The notes beneath the pieces were generated by a model. That model searched no databases, had not been told where the DNA came from, and saw only the letters and a list, made by a program, of their open reading frames with translations. From Candidatus Gastranaerophilales bacterium (lineage in GTDB: Bacteria > Cyanobacteriota > Vampirovibrionia > Gastranaerophilales > JANQFW01), in contig JANQLL010000103.1 of NCBI GenBank assembly GCA_028280605.1, positions 1 through 50,476 on the forward strand: a stretch of 50,476 bases of DNA, written 5' to 3'. A program made the position numbers and the translations under genes. Numbering within the stretch: position 1 is the first letter of the stretch; each line of letters begins with the position of its first letter. Positions 1 through 10,200 of the stretch are shown here, in pieces.

Positions 1-180
1 CCAAAAAGCTTTCTGTCATCAACAAAGTATTGATGAATCAATTTAATTTACTTAAGTAATTTTTGTTATTAATACTTTGTTGAATGGAAATTAGTATCAT
101 AAATAAATGAGATAACTGAAAGATGTCAAAAGATATCTAATATTGCATCTGAAATAATTAAATAAAATTAAAAATAAAGA

Positions 181-222
181 AAAAAAAGGGGTTGTCCATA
201 ATTTTAGGACAATCCCTTTTTA
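181..222 (-). terminator. Intrinsic terminator downstream of 279..497
   Basis: Hairpin aggggttgtcc...ggacaatccct flanked by A and T runs (could act bidirectionally). Confidence 0.75.
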
Positions 223-278
223 TATAACAAAAGTTAAAAAATTAATAAATGAAAGATACTAAGTAATATAGATTTTTT

Positions 279-497
279 CTAGGTATAAAGTTCATGTACG
301 GCATGTGTTACATCTGCCATTGAATTGAATTTTTCTTCCGGGATTTTTTGTAATATTTCTTTTAGACATTCTTTTTGTCCCATTCTAAATTCAATTTCTT
401 TATTTCCATATTCTTTTATAAGTTCATTTTTTGTTTTAGGGAAATGCACGCCTTCTAGCGCGTGAGTAACAGAAGCTATACCAAATGCCATAATCAT
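279..497 (-). CDS. DUF2795-like small protein
   Basis: ALEGVHFPKTKNELI...KFNSMADV pattern; GGAGG RBS directly upstream. Confidence 0.75.
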   Translation of the reverse strand: MIMAFGIASVTHALEGVHFPKTKNELIKEYGNKEIEFRMGQKECLKEILQKIPEEKFNSMADVTHAVHELYT

Positions 498-623
498 TCC
501 TCCAGTACTGTTATTATTTGGTACTGTTTATTTTAAAATTTTAAAAATTCTTTTAAATGCCTCTAAAGGCTTAAAGTTAATTTTTTATTTAAACATTTTA
601 CTTAAGAAATAGATTCCTTAAAT

Positions 624-1025
624 TTATCGTTGAATTGCATGCAGGAAAAATGAATTAATTTTATCAACAAAACTTTCTAGGTTTATAGGCTTGGTTATAA
701 AATTATTACAGCCGGCATTCAGTGCTTTTTTTATGTCGCTTTCCATTGCATGTGCTGATACAACAAAAATAGGTATATTTTTAGTTGTATCGTTAGATTT
801 TAAAAGTTTAATAACTTCAAATCCGTTAATCTCAGGCAATTGAATATCCAATAAAATTAAGTCAATATCATTTTTGCATTTTCTAATCATGTTGAGGGCA
901 GCTTTACCGTCATGTGCTTCAATTATATTATATCCTTCAAATTCAAGAATATCCTTAATAAGCTTCATATTGGTAGGATTATCTTCTGCTATTAATATAG
1001 TTCCATTGTGTTTATTGGTGTCCAT
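624..1025 (-). CDS. Single-domain response regulator (DivK-like receiver)
   Basis: ILIAEDN, LILLDIQLPEING, SAHAM, ITKPI motifs. Confidence 0.92.
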   Translation of the reverse strand: MDTNKHNGTILIAEDNPTNMKLIKDILEFEGYNIIEAHDGKAALNMIRKCKNDIDLILLDIQLPEINGFEVIKLLKSNDTTKNIPIFVVSAHAMESDIKKALNAGCNNFITKPINLESFVDKINSFFLHAIQR

Positions 1026-1106
1026 CTTTTTATTACCCTTGGTAGTGGTTAATCGAGTACTTATACTTACTAGTACACTTAAGTTATATCAAAAGCTTAC
1101 AAAAAC

Positions 1107-2732
1107 TTATCCTTTTATTGGTAAAATAAAATAGAATGTAGCCCCACTTTCAAGTTCACTTTCCACCCAAATTTTGCCATTGTGCATTTCTACCAGTTCT
1201 TTGGTTATTGTTAACCCTAACCCTGTGCTACTATGTTTTCTTGTATAAGAGCTATCTACTTGATGAAATTTATCGAATATTTTTTTATGATGATCAGTAC
1301 TTATTCCGATTCCGCGATCTTCCACGCTAAACAAAATATGATCATCTTCTTCTTTTAAATTGACGTTTATTTCCTCATTATCAGGAGAAAATTTTATTGC
1401 ATTACTTAGCAAATTATACATTACCTGCTGAAAGCGTTGAAAGTCTGCATTTATAGTTGATTGTTCAATATTTACATTTAAATTTACTTTTATATGCTTT
1501 TTATTTGCAAGTGCGGATGTCACGTTCATAACTTCTTTTATTGCATTTAGCACACAAAATTCTTTTTTAAATATTTGCATTTGATTTGCTTCGATTTTAG
1601 AAATATCCAACAAATCATTTATCATTCCTAAAAGATGTATCCCGCTTGCGTGGATATCTCCTACGTATTCGTCTTGTTTATCGTTTAAGCCACCAAAAAT
1701 TTTTAACTTTAGAGCTTCAGAAAATCCGATAATTGCATTTAGCGGTGTTCTTAACTCGTGCGACATATTTGCAAGAAATTCATTTTTAAGCCTGTCCGCT
1801 TCAACCATTTTGCGGTTTTGCTCTTTTATGAGCTCAAGAGCTTTTGTTTTTTCTAAAAAGTTTTCTTTTAAAATTGATAATTGCATTCTAAATAAATCAT
1901 TTAATTCTGAATTTTTTATGCAATTAACTGTTGAAGATGTAAAAACTTCCATTATTCTTATATCTTCATCAGAGAAAAAGTCTGTTTCTTCTTTTATTAA
2001 AATTATTACACCAAAAATATTATTACCTATGGATAATGGAGACATTAAAAAAGAATGCGGATTTTCCATGTTTAAATCCAAATCTTTTAATAAGCTATTA
2101 TCGCCGCTATTAGGAGTATTCTGATAAATTGTTGATTTATTTTGCTTTAATTTTTGAAAAATTTCTGATTTTTGAGTGACTATAATATTATGTTCATTGT
2201 TTAAGCAGTCAAGAATATTTCTTGATGCTTTTAATACCAAGTTTTCACCGTCTATAAACAAGACTATTGCTTTATCATAGTTAATAATATTCTTGATATG
2301 GTTTAATACAAGTTCTAAAATTTCATCAAGCTCTAAATCTAAATTTTGAATTTGAGCTATAGACTTGAGTGCTTTTTGATATTTTATTTGAATTTGTTTA
2401 TCTGAATAACTTTGATTTAGAGGAAAAGAAATAGCCTTTATTTTATTGTTTTCTTTAATAAACAAAGTTTTTGTTATTGTGCAAAGTTTATCTTTGTCTA
2501 ATAAGTTTATTATTTCCGAAGTTTCATTTTGTGTTTCTAGTATTTTAAGTATATTGGCAATTCTAAAATCAAAAATTTCTTGTATACTATAATTTTTTGA
2601 ACTTTTATAATTTAAAAGTTCTTTTGCTACATTGTTTATAGTATTTAAACTACCGTTTAAATCAAATTCAAATATGGCAAGTTCTTGCGTTTGTGTCAAA
2701 AAATCTATTGTATTCAATTCAACTATATCCAA
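1107..2732 (-). CDS. Cytoplasmic GAF sensor histidine kinase (HisKA + HATPase)
   Basis: H-box EFLANMSHELRTPLNAIIGFSE, N-box NLLSNAIKF, G-boxes DRGIG and TGLGL; GAF-like segment; TTG start uncertain. Confidence 0.92.
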   Translation of the reverse strand: MDIVELNTIDFLTQTQELAIFEFDLNGSLNTINNVAKELLNYKSSKNYSIQEIFDFRIANILKILETQNETSEIINLLDKDKLCTITKTLFIKENNKIKAISFPLNQSYSDKQIQIKYQKALKSIAQIQNLDLELDEILELVLNHIKNIINYDKAIVLFIDGENLVLKASRNILDCLNNEHNIIVTQKSEIFQKLKQNKSTIYQNTPNSGDNSLLKDLDLNMENPHSFLMSPLSIGNNIFGVIILIKEETDFFSDEDIRIMEVFTSSTVNCIKNSELNDLFRMQLSILKENFLEKTKALELIKEQNRKMVEADRLKNEFLANMSHELRTPLNAIIGFSEALKLKIFGGLNDKQDEYVGDIHASGIHLLGMINDLLDISKIEANQMQIFKKEFCVLNAIKEVMNVTSALANKKHIKVNLNVNIEQSTINADFQRFQQVMYNLLSNAIKFSPDNEEINVNLKEEDDHILFSVEDRGIGISTDHHKKIFDKFHQVDSSYTRKHSSTGLGLTITKELVEMHNGKIWVESELESGATFYFILPIKG

Positions 2733-2850
2733 GTCTTAATATAAGCCTATTAAAAAATTTTACTAGTTACATACTCAAAATAAAATAATCCAAATTAAGG
2801 AAATCATTATTATTATAGAATATTTAGAGCTAAAAACCAAATATCAAATA

Positions 2851-4035
2851 TCAAAATTTTTCAATTTTAATGCTCGGTCCATATACAAACTTAAACGGGG
2901 TATGACTAAGTTCTATTTTGCTTTGATTTGGCTGAGATTTGGATGTATCATTGTTTCTATATCCTATTCCTGCACGAAAACCTGAAATTGAATATAATGC
3001 CGGCAATATAGGACCTATCCATTTTAAACCGGACAAAAATCCAACAGACGCTACATCATCAATATGTAAGCCAAGATCTAATAATTCAGGTTTTCTTTCT
3101 TTATTGAGATCTTTAAACATATCGTGAATGCAGTGATGATGGTGCTTACGACTACTGCCTTCAGTTTTATTATTGTCTCCAAGTAAGGGATTTATAAAAT
3201 TTTTGCATACAAAGTTTGCTATTGTTCCTCCAAATAAAACACCCACAGTCATTACGCCTGTTAACATGCCGACAAATTTTATTGCTTTTGATTTTATGTT
3301 TAACTTGTTTAAACATAAAAGAGCGAGTCCCGCTCCGGCATTACATAGTGTTATATTAGCCATATATTGATAAAGCCCCTCTTTAATTTTATTTTTTGAG
3401 GTTTTACTTATGTCTTCACCATTTACTTTATCTGCTATTATACCGCCGATTATGCCCCCTGCAATCGGTAGCATCCCAACTTTTGTTAATTTCCACAGTT
3501 CAGAAAACATTTCTTTGGGCGTGTGGATATGACTATCCGGTATAACTTTACTTATAAGCCTTTCACCGGGAGCTAACTCTTCCAAGGATTTGTTTATCTC
3601 TACGACTTGACTTAGATTTATGTACTTTTTATCTTTTACTTTATTTATTAATCCTTTAATTTTTTTATCTTTTACTTGATTTAAAATTTCATCTATAGGC
3701 TTTATGTGTTTATGTCCGCTAGAATGCCCAGATCCATGGTGATGATGATGAGAATGATGACATTCTTCTGATATACCTTTTATGATTTTCCTTCCACCTA
3801 TTTTTAATCCTTTTGTTGCAATAAAAGCAGAAGCCAAAGTAAAGCCGGTTATGATCAAATCTTTTATTGCTCTTTTCTTTTTTTCCTCTTTGGGTGCTTT
3901 ATATGTATCATAAGCTGTATAAGATAATGCAACTATCGATGAAGCTACTGGTACTGCATTATTTAACCCTTTTATTATAGCCGGTTGATCTATATATTTA
4001 CCAAATGTACTTAAGTCGCTTCTCAAATTTACCAT
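2851..4035 (-). CDS. His-rich integral membrane protein, unknown function (possibly metal handling)
   Basis: Several hydrophobic Gly-rich helices; CHHSHHHHHGSGHSSGHKH, HIH and HHHHCIH tracts; GGGGG RBS. Confidence 0.8.
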   Translation of the reverse strand: MVNLRSDLSTFGKYIDQPAIIKGLNNAVPVASSIVALSYTAYDTYKAPKEEKKKRAIKDLIITGFTLASAFIATKGLKIGGRKIIKGISEECHHSHHHHHGSGHSSGHKHIKPIDEILNQVKDKKIKGLINKVKDKKYINLSQVVEINKSLEELAPGERLISKVIPDSHIHTPKEMFSELWKLTKVGMLPIAGGIIGGIIADKVNGEDISKTSKNKIKEGLYQYMANITLCNAGAGLALLCLNKLNIKSKAIKFVGMLTGVMTVGVLFGGTIANFVCKNFINPLLGDNNKTEGSSRKHHHHCIHDMFKDLNKERKPELLDLGLHIDDVASVGFLSGLKWIGPILPALYSISGFRAGIGYRNNDTSKSQPNQSKIELSHTPFKFVYGPSIKIEKF

Positions 4036-4084
4036 TTATAAAGTTCCCCCAATATCCCTTATACAGTTTTTAAAACATTATGAT

Positions 4085-4103
4085 AATGAAAATGATTTTC
4101 ATT
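4085..4103. promoter_or_regulatory. Fur-family (Fur/Zur/PerR-type) operator
   Basis: Perfect 9-1-9 palindrome AATGAAAAT-G-ATTTTCATT within GATAATGAAAATGATTTTCATTTCC, 50 bp upstream of the His-rich gene. Confidence 0.7.
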
Positions 4104-4146
4104 TCCATTATACTGCTGAAAAAAATAATATCAATTTTATTTTTAG

Positions 4147-4825
4147 TTAGTACAGGTTATATTTCCAAACTGACTTACCCACGAGAGTACCTATGTATAA
4201 CTGATTGTCAAACCTTTTTACAGAGCTGAGGCTATAGATATTACCGGTATCATCATAATATTTTTTAATAATTTCACCATTTTAATTTAATACTAATATA
4301 GAAGAAGCCTTAGCAGGTTTAGGTAAGAAAAATTTAGGCAGTTTAGCCATTTGATTTTTTATAAAAGGATATTGATGCACCCAATCCAGGCAAGGTTTTC
4401 TTGGAGCAAATACAGCAACATAAAAATTGCCTTCTTTATCAGAAGATATACCGTCAGGATAACCGTATAATCCATCTATAAAAACTTCTTTGGTACCAGC
4501 CCTGGAGCCTTTTAAATAATATTTTATTACTTTATAACCATAAGTTTCGTTTGAGACTGTTACACCATTTGGATATTTTACTTGCTTATCAATTTCTTTA
4601 ATATAAACATTTTCAAGTAAATTAGAAACTTTTCCGTCTTTGCCAACTTTAAGCAATCCTTTATCATTATTTGCTACTATCAAGTTTCCGTTATTGTCAA
4701 AACACATGCCCAAGTTTTTGCCACCGGTATCTGCAATTGTTTCTATATATTCTTGATTGTTAGTATCTTTGGTGATTTTAATAATTTTGCCATGGTTGCC
4801 GCTATAAATTACTTGTTTATTTTCT
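4147..4825 (-). pseudogene. Strictosidine synthase / SMP-30-like beta-propeller pseudogene
   Basis: Motifs DTGGKNLGMCFD, GSRAGTKEVFIDGLYGYPDGI; homology continues upstream of 4713 with no start codon; apparent internal deletion (NGVTV joined to NET); stop at 4282, with homology continuing as ...NQLYIGTL... to ~4147. Confidence 0.75.
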
Positions 4826-4951
4826 ATTTTTTAAAATCTTAAATATAAAAAGATAAAATAATAAAAAAAGTTATTTTCCCTGTTATTTTGTATAAATTTA
4901 AGCTTTATGCTAATATGAATCGTATATAATAATAAGTTATTAGCAGGAGGA

Positions 4952-5179
4952 ATGATGTTAGCTTTTTTTCAAATAGTACAAATACTATCAGGACTATTTT
5001 TGATTTTATTAATTTTATTACACTCACCAAAAGGTAGTGGGTTTGGTGCTATGGGTGATGCAGCTCAATTATTCTCCAGTCAAAAAGGTGTAGAAGCCGG
5101 CTTAAACAAGCTTACTGCAATAATTGCTATTACATTTGCTGTTGTTTCCTTGTTATTGGGTCATGGAATAATTAGATAA
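4952..5179 (+). CDS. secG: Preprotein translocase subunit SecG
   Basis: Two TM helices around LLHSPKGSGFGAMG...QLFSSQKGVEAGLNKLT, cyanobacterial-type SecG. Confidence 0.93.
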   Translation: MMLAFFQIVQILSGLFLILLILLHSPKGSGFGAMGDAAQLFSSQKGVEAGLNKLTAIIAITFAVVSLLLGHGIIR

Positions 5180-5199
5180 CTTAAACTATTTAAATTAAT

Positions 5200-6378
5200 A
5201 TGCCTTCAATTTTTAAAGAAATACCTGAAAATTCAAAAATATGCATATATGGTACAGGAGAAACCGGCATATTTACCAAGCTTTTACTTGATTTTATGCG
5301 AGATGACATAAAAGTTATTTGCTATTTGGATTCTTTTAAATCCGACAAATTAAATGGTTTGGACATTGTTAAAATTGATGATATTGACAATATAAAAGAT
5401 CAATATGACTTAATATTTATTTGCTCTAATTTTTCGCAAGAAATTGAAAATAGCTTGAAATCAAAAGGCATTTTCAATTTTAAATCTATGAAGTTTATTG
5501 ATTACAGTATTTTACGCGGATATATTAAAGACCAAATTTTAGATGAGTTATATATTAAAAAACCTGTAAAAGACTATATAGAAGAAACGCTGAATTTTAA
5601 ACAAAAAAATACCGTATGCGGCAAGCATCTTTTAATTAATACTATGCAAAAGTCCGGAACTCAGTTTTTATTGGAGATTTTGACAGAGTTAACAGGCTAC
5701 AAGCGTTTATCATATATTGACAGTAAAAATTTTTCTGACTACAGAACCGAAGAATATTATTCTCCAGACATTGTTGATAACTACAATAATGATATAATAG
5801 TAGATTGCTGGCACAGAAACGCTACATATTATAATATGGAACTGATTAAAAAGTTCAATTTTAAAACAGTTGTGCTTGTAAGAAATATTTTTGATATCAT
5901 TCCCAGCTTTAGAGAGTATTTATTACCCAGAAAAGATTATTTTTATTTTTCTTATCTTAAAGATTATGATTTTTATAACCTATCAGCTGACCAACAGCAT
6001 GACATTGTTATTAGAACCCACTTAGGTTGGTTGTTTGAAATTTATGTATCCTGGTATAAAGCCAAGCATATACATGAACTGGATGTAATGTTTGTTACTT
6101 ATGATGATTTGGTTGATAAAACAGAACAAACAATACAAAACATATGTGAATATTATGAATTAGATAAAACTACCGATGAAATTATCAACACAATAAATCA
6201 TGTAAATGATTTAAAAAGCAAGAAAAAAGAATTAAACTTTAATAAGGGGATAAAAGGCAGAGGTCGAACCCTTCTTACGGAAGAACAAAAGCAATATATA
6301 GTGAAATTTGCGAAACCATATGTTAATATAGATTTTAGTTTACTGGGCATTCATTCCGATTCTAAATTATTAAATTAG
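5200..6378 (+). CDS. Sulfotransferase-domain protein with N-terminal Rossmann-like module
   Basis: PAPS loop TMQKSGT, LVRNIFD, VTYDDL, FNKGIKGRG; N-terminal ICIYGTG. Confidence 0.8.
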   Translation: MPSIFKEIPENSKICIYGTGETGIFTKLLLDFMRDDIKVICYLDSFKSDKLNGLDIVKIDDIDNIKDQYDLIFICSNFSQEIENSLKSKGIFNFKSMKFIDYSILRGYIKDQILDELYIKKPVKDYIEETLNFKQKNTVCGKHLLINTMQKSGTQFLLEILTELTGYKRLSYIDSKNFSDYRTEEYYSPDIVDNYNNDIIVDCWHRNATYYNMELIKKFNFKTVVLVRNIFDIIPSFREYLLPRKDYFYFSYLKDYDFYNLSADQQHDIVIRTHLGWLFEIYVSWYKAKHIHELDVMFVTYDDLVDKTEQTIQNICEYYELDKTTDEIINTINHVNDLKSKKKELNFNKGIKGRGRTLLTEEQKQYIVKFAKPYVNIDFSLLGIHSDSKLLN

Positions 6379-6428
6379 TTATTTTTAGCTTTCGGATTAA
6401 GGCAAAAAGAAAAGTGGAGTGAGTAGTA

Positions 6429-7238
6429 ATGAGTGAAAAATTAAATATCAAGCCTGATTTTTTGATAATTGGCACACAAAAAGGCGGGACAACTTCTCTT
6501 TTTAATTACCTATGCAAACATCCGAATGTATTTTCTCAAGAAAACGCAGAGAGAAATAAAGAAGTACACTATTTTGACCTAAATTATGAAAAAGGGTGGG
6601 AATGGTATCAGGATCAACTGGCACCGAAAGACGAATTAGAAAAATATAAAGAAAAAACTAAAGGAAAAATATTAATAGGCGAATCAAGCCCGTATTATAT
6701 TTTTCATCCGCATTGCCCTGAGCGAATATATAAAGATTTACCAGATGTAAAGCTAATTGTCTTATTAAGAAATCCTGCACATAGGGCTTATTCTCAGCAT
6801 AAAATGGAATATGCCAGAGGAACTGATGATTTAGACTTTGAAACAGCTATATATCAGGAGGAAAAAAGACTTAAAAACGAAATTAAGCAGATGATTATGG
6901 ATGAGACATACAACAGTTACGCTCATCAGCATTATAGTTATTTAGAACGAGGCAAGTATATTCATCAACTGAAAGAATGGTGCGACTTTTTTGATCGTAA
7001 CCAGATTTTAACCATAAAAAGCGAAGATATGTTTGAAGATCCTGATAGTGTATTTAAGGAAGTATGTGAATTTTTGGAACTACCGGTAATTTCACTTGAT
7101 GAGTACGTGCCCCACAATAAAGGGCATCAAGCACAAATGCCTGATGATATAAAGCAAGAACTCGTTAAATACTTTAAACCTTATAACGTTTTGTTATATA
7201 CGTTTTTAGGCAGGGATTTTAACTGGGAAGCACAGTAA
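6429..7238 (+). CDS. Sulfotransferase family protein
   Basis: PDFLIIGTQKGGTTSL, KEVHYFD, GESSPYY, LLRNPAHRAYS. Confidence 0.92.
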   Translation: MSEKLNIKPDFLIIGTQKGGTTSLFNYLCKHPNVFSQENAERNKEVHYFDLNYEKGWEWYQDQLAPKDELEKYKEKTKGKILIGESSPYYIFHPHCPERIYKDLPDVKLIVLLRNPAHRAYSQHKMEYARGTDDLDFETAIYQEEKRLKNEIKQMIMDETYNSYAHQHYSYLERGKYIHQLKEWCDFFDRNQILTIKSEDMFEDPDSVFKEVCEFLELPVISLDEYVPHNKGHQAQMPDDIKQELVKYFKPYNVLLYTFLGRDFNWEAQ

Positions 7239-10200
7239 GATTAATATCTAACCCAAAAGCTTTTTCAAAGGCTTTAATTCCATAATCTGTTGAAAAATAT
7301 GTTTTAATATAATTTTCATAACTTCTGGAGATTTGCTCTAATTTCTGGTTATTGTTGTACAAATCAATGATTTCATCCGCAAAGTTCTCAGCTGTATCTT
7401 TTGGATTGATTATAGTGGTTATTTCAGGGCAGCCTTCTATGCCTATACTTGTTGATACAATAGGCGTAAGATTATAAATTGCCTCAATTGTTTTGCCTTT
7501 TACACCTGCACCATACCTTAATGGTATGACAACCATTTTAACATCATTGTATAGCTGATTTAGTTCTTCATCACTTACATAGCCTTTTACTATAATATCG
7601 TCTGAATTAAGCTTTTTTATGTATTCAGTGGCATTAGAGCCTGCTATATATAGTTTAATATCAGGTATATTCTGCTTTACTTTGTCAAAAATATTTTCAA
7701 CGAACCATTGAACACCGTCAACATTAGGCTTGTGCAAAAATCCGCCTATAAATAATAAGCTGTTTCTTTCTTCAAAAGGCTTTATATCTTGTTTGAATTT
7801 GTCATAGCAAAATATTGGAATTGTATAAACAGGTTTATTTTTGGTTAAACCTTTTATTACTTGAGTTTCAGCATCATTTAAAGATACAATAACATCAGAT
7901 TTATTAAACACTTCCAGCTCTAAGCTTTTAAAGTAATCAACTCTTTTTAGAATCTCTTCGTCTTTTTCTATCTGATATCTTAAATATTCTCTTATGTGAT
8001 GCAAATCATGTCCGTGATAGATAATCTTAGCATCTGAATGTTTTTTGATGATATCTATATATTTTATGGTTACATCCGGCCTGTTAATATAAACATGCTC
8101 AAAATGCTTCATGTTTTGCTGCATCCATTTTTCCCAGTAATATTTATAATACTTGCCGCTTAGCACTTCTATACCCATTTGCATAAGCTCAGTGGTATAA
8201 GGCTCTTTTTCTATAAAATCATTACCAATATATTTAACGTTTAAACCCATTTTTACAAACAATTTTAAATGATTATAAGTAGCTCTTGAGCCTGCATCTT
8301 TGTCATAAGAGGGTATTTTATAATCTATTACAAGAATATTTTTCTTTTTATGACCTCTGTCTCTAGCTAAAAAGAAATTTTGACCAGGCGCAAAATGGTC
8401 TTTATTCAAAACTGATTTCCATTTTTCATAAAACTTATCTTTATTTATAGCCTGATAACTTTTAAATCCACTGTTTATATCAGTGCCATGGGATTTTCCC
8501 TCAAAATGTATAACTACAGATTTAGGCTGACAAACTACTCTATAGCCCATGCTTCTTACTGTGAAAGCATAGTCAGTATCTTCGTAATAACAAGGACTAA
8601 ATGATTCATCAAATCCGCCTGTTTTATCCCACAAACTTTTTCTGGTTATAATACTTGCACCGCTTATATAATCTACATCTTTTACATAATTAAATTCAGA
8701 AAAATTTGGATCCTGAAACTTACCATAATTTGCGCCTGTTGCATCATTCCATATTATTCCGCCTGCCTCTTGCAGGGTTCCGTCAGGATATACTAACTTT
8801 GAACCTGATAGCCCGATAGTTTCATCGTTTTCCATTAGATTAACCAATGGCTCCAGCCAATTATCAGCAACAAATGTATCATTATTCAAAAATAACAGAT
8901 ATTTCCCATTTGCTTGTGAGGCTGCATTCTTACAATTACGCAAAAAGCCCAGGTTATTTTTATTTTTTATATGGATAACACCATCTATATAGTTATCCAG
9001 GGTTGTAGTTACGTCATTTGAGTTATCATCTGCTATGATTACCTCGTACGAGATATTTTTTGTGTTTTTTAATATGGAATAAAGGCATGTATATGTATGT
9101 CTAAAATTATTATAAACAGGTATTATTATTGATACCATAGGATTATCATATTTTTGAAAGATTAATTTTTCGTTATTATTACCAAAAGCCTTTTCAAACA
9201 CTGTATTTAATAAATTATTGCTTTCGCCCAGGATATTATTTACCCAGTTCTGGCAATTATCTTTTTCTTTTTTAACATCATCATAAAGCTTTTCAATCAA
9301 ATCCAGTTGTTTTTGAATTAAACCATTTTTTTCTTTTATATATACGCAGTCTTCTGTGAATAAATCATAAATAATATCGAATTTCAGACTTTTTTCCAAC
9401 TTTAATTCATTTAAAAGGGTATATAAGTATTTATTTTCAAGAACAGTAAGTACCATTAAATCAGGATTTAAATCTTGAATATCATCTATAGAGTAAATAG
9501 TATAGCCGTTTAGTTTCTGCCCCCTTTTATTTGTATCTCTATCAATAAATCCGAGAATATTTAAGTCTGATAGGTCAAAATGCTCTGTAATTATACGCGC
9601 TAACATGCCTGCACCGTAGAAACATATTTTTTTATGCTGATTTTCTTCGGTAAACTCTTTTATTTTTTGACATATTACAGGATTATACGGTATGTTTTGT
9701 ATTTCTTTATCTACGTTATCGTTTCTTATAATTCTTTGTTTTGCAAATAAATCAATAAAATTCTTATGAGTAAACCTTGTTTTTTGCTGTATTTCTTGAA
9801 CAAGTGCGCTATCTTTATAGATTTCACAGAGCCTGTTCATTCCAAAAAATCTATGTTCGTCATTTTCTGTTTCTACTGCCATAAGTGCGACAAAAAATGA
9901 TACTAAGTTATCTTTAATAAGCCCTTTAAACCTGTCAGCTTCGCCAAATATATTTAAAAATAGCTCTTCTGAAGATATTTTTTCGTAAAGTTCTAAAGTT
10001 TTAGCAAATTCAACATAATAAACAGGCTTTTTATCTGTTTCCTGAGGAGGTATTAAAACTCCGGCTTTTACTAAAGGTTCATTTATTATGTGTATATTAC
10101 TATTTAAGGTCAAATAAATATTTATAGCTCTTACTATTTGCTCAGAATCAAAGTTATCAAATAAATCTAAATTGGCGAGGGTGGACTTTTTTATTACCGT

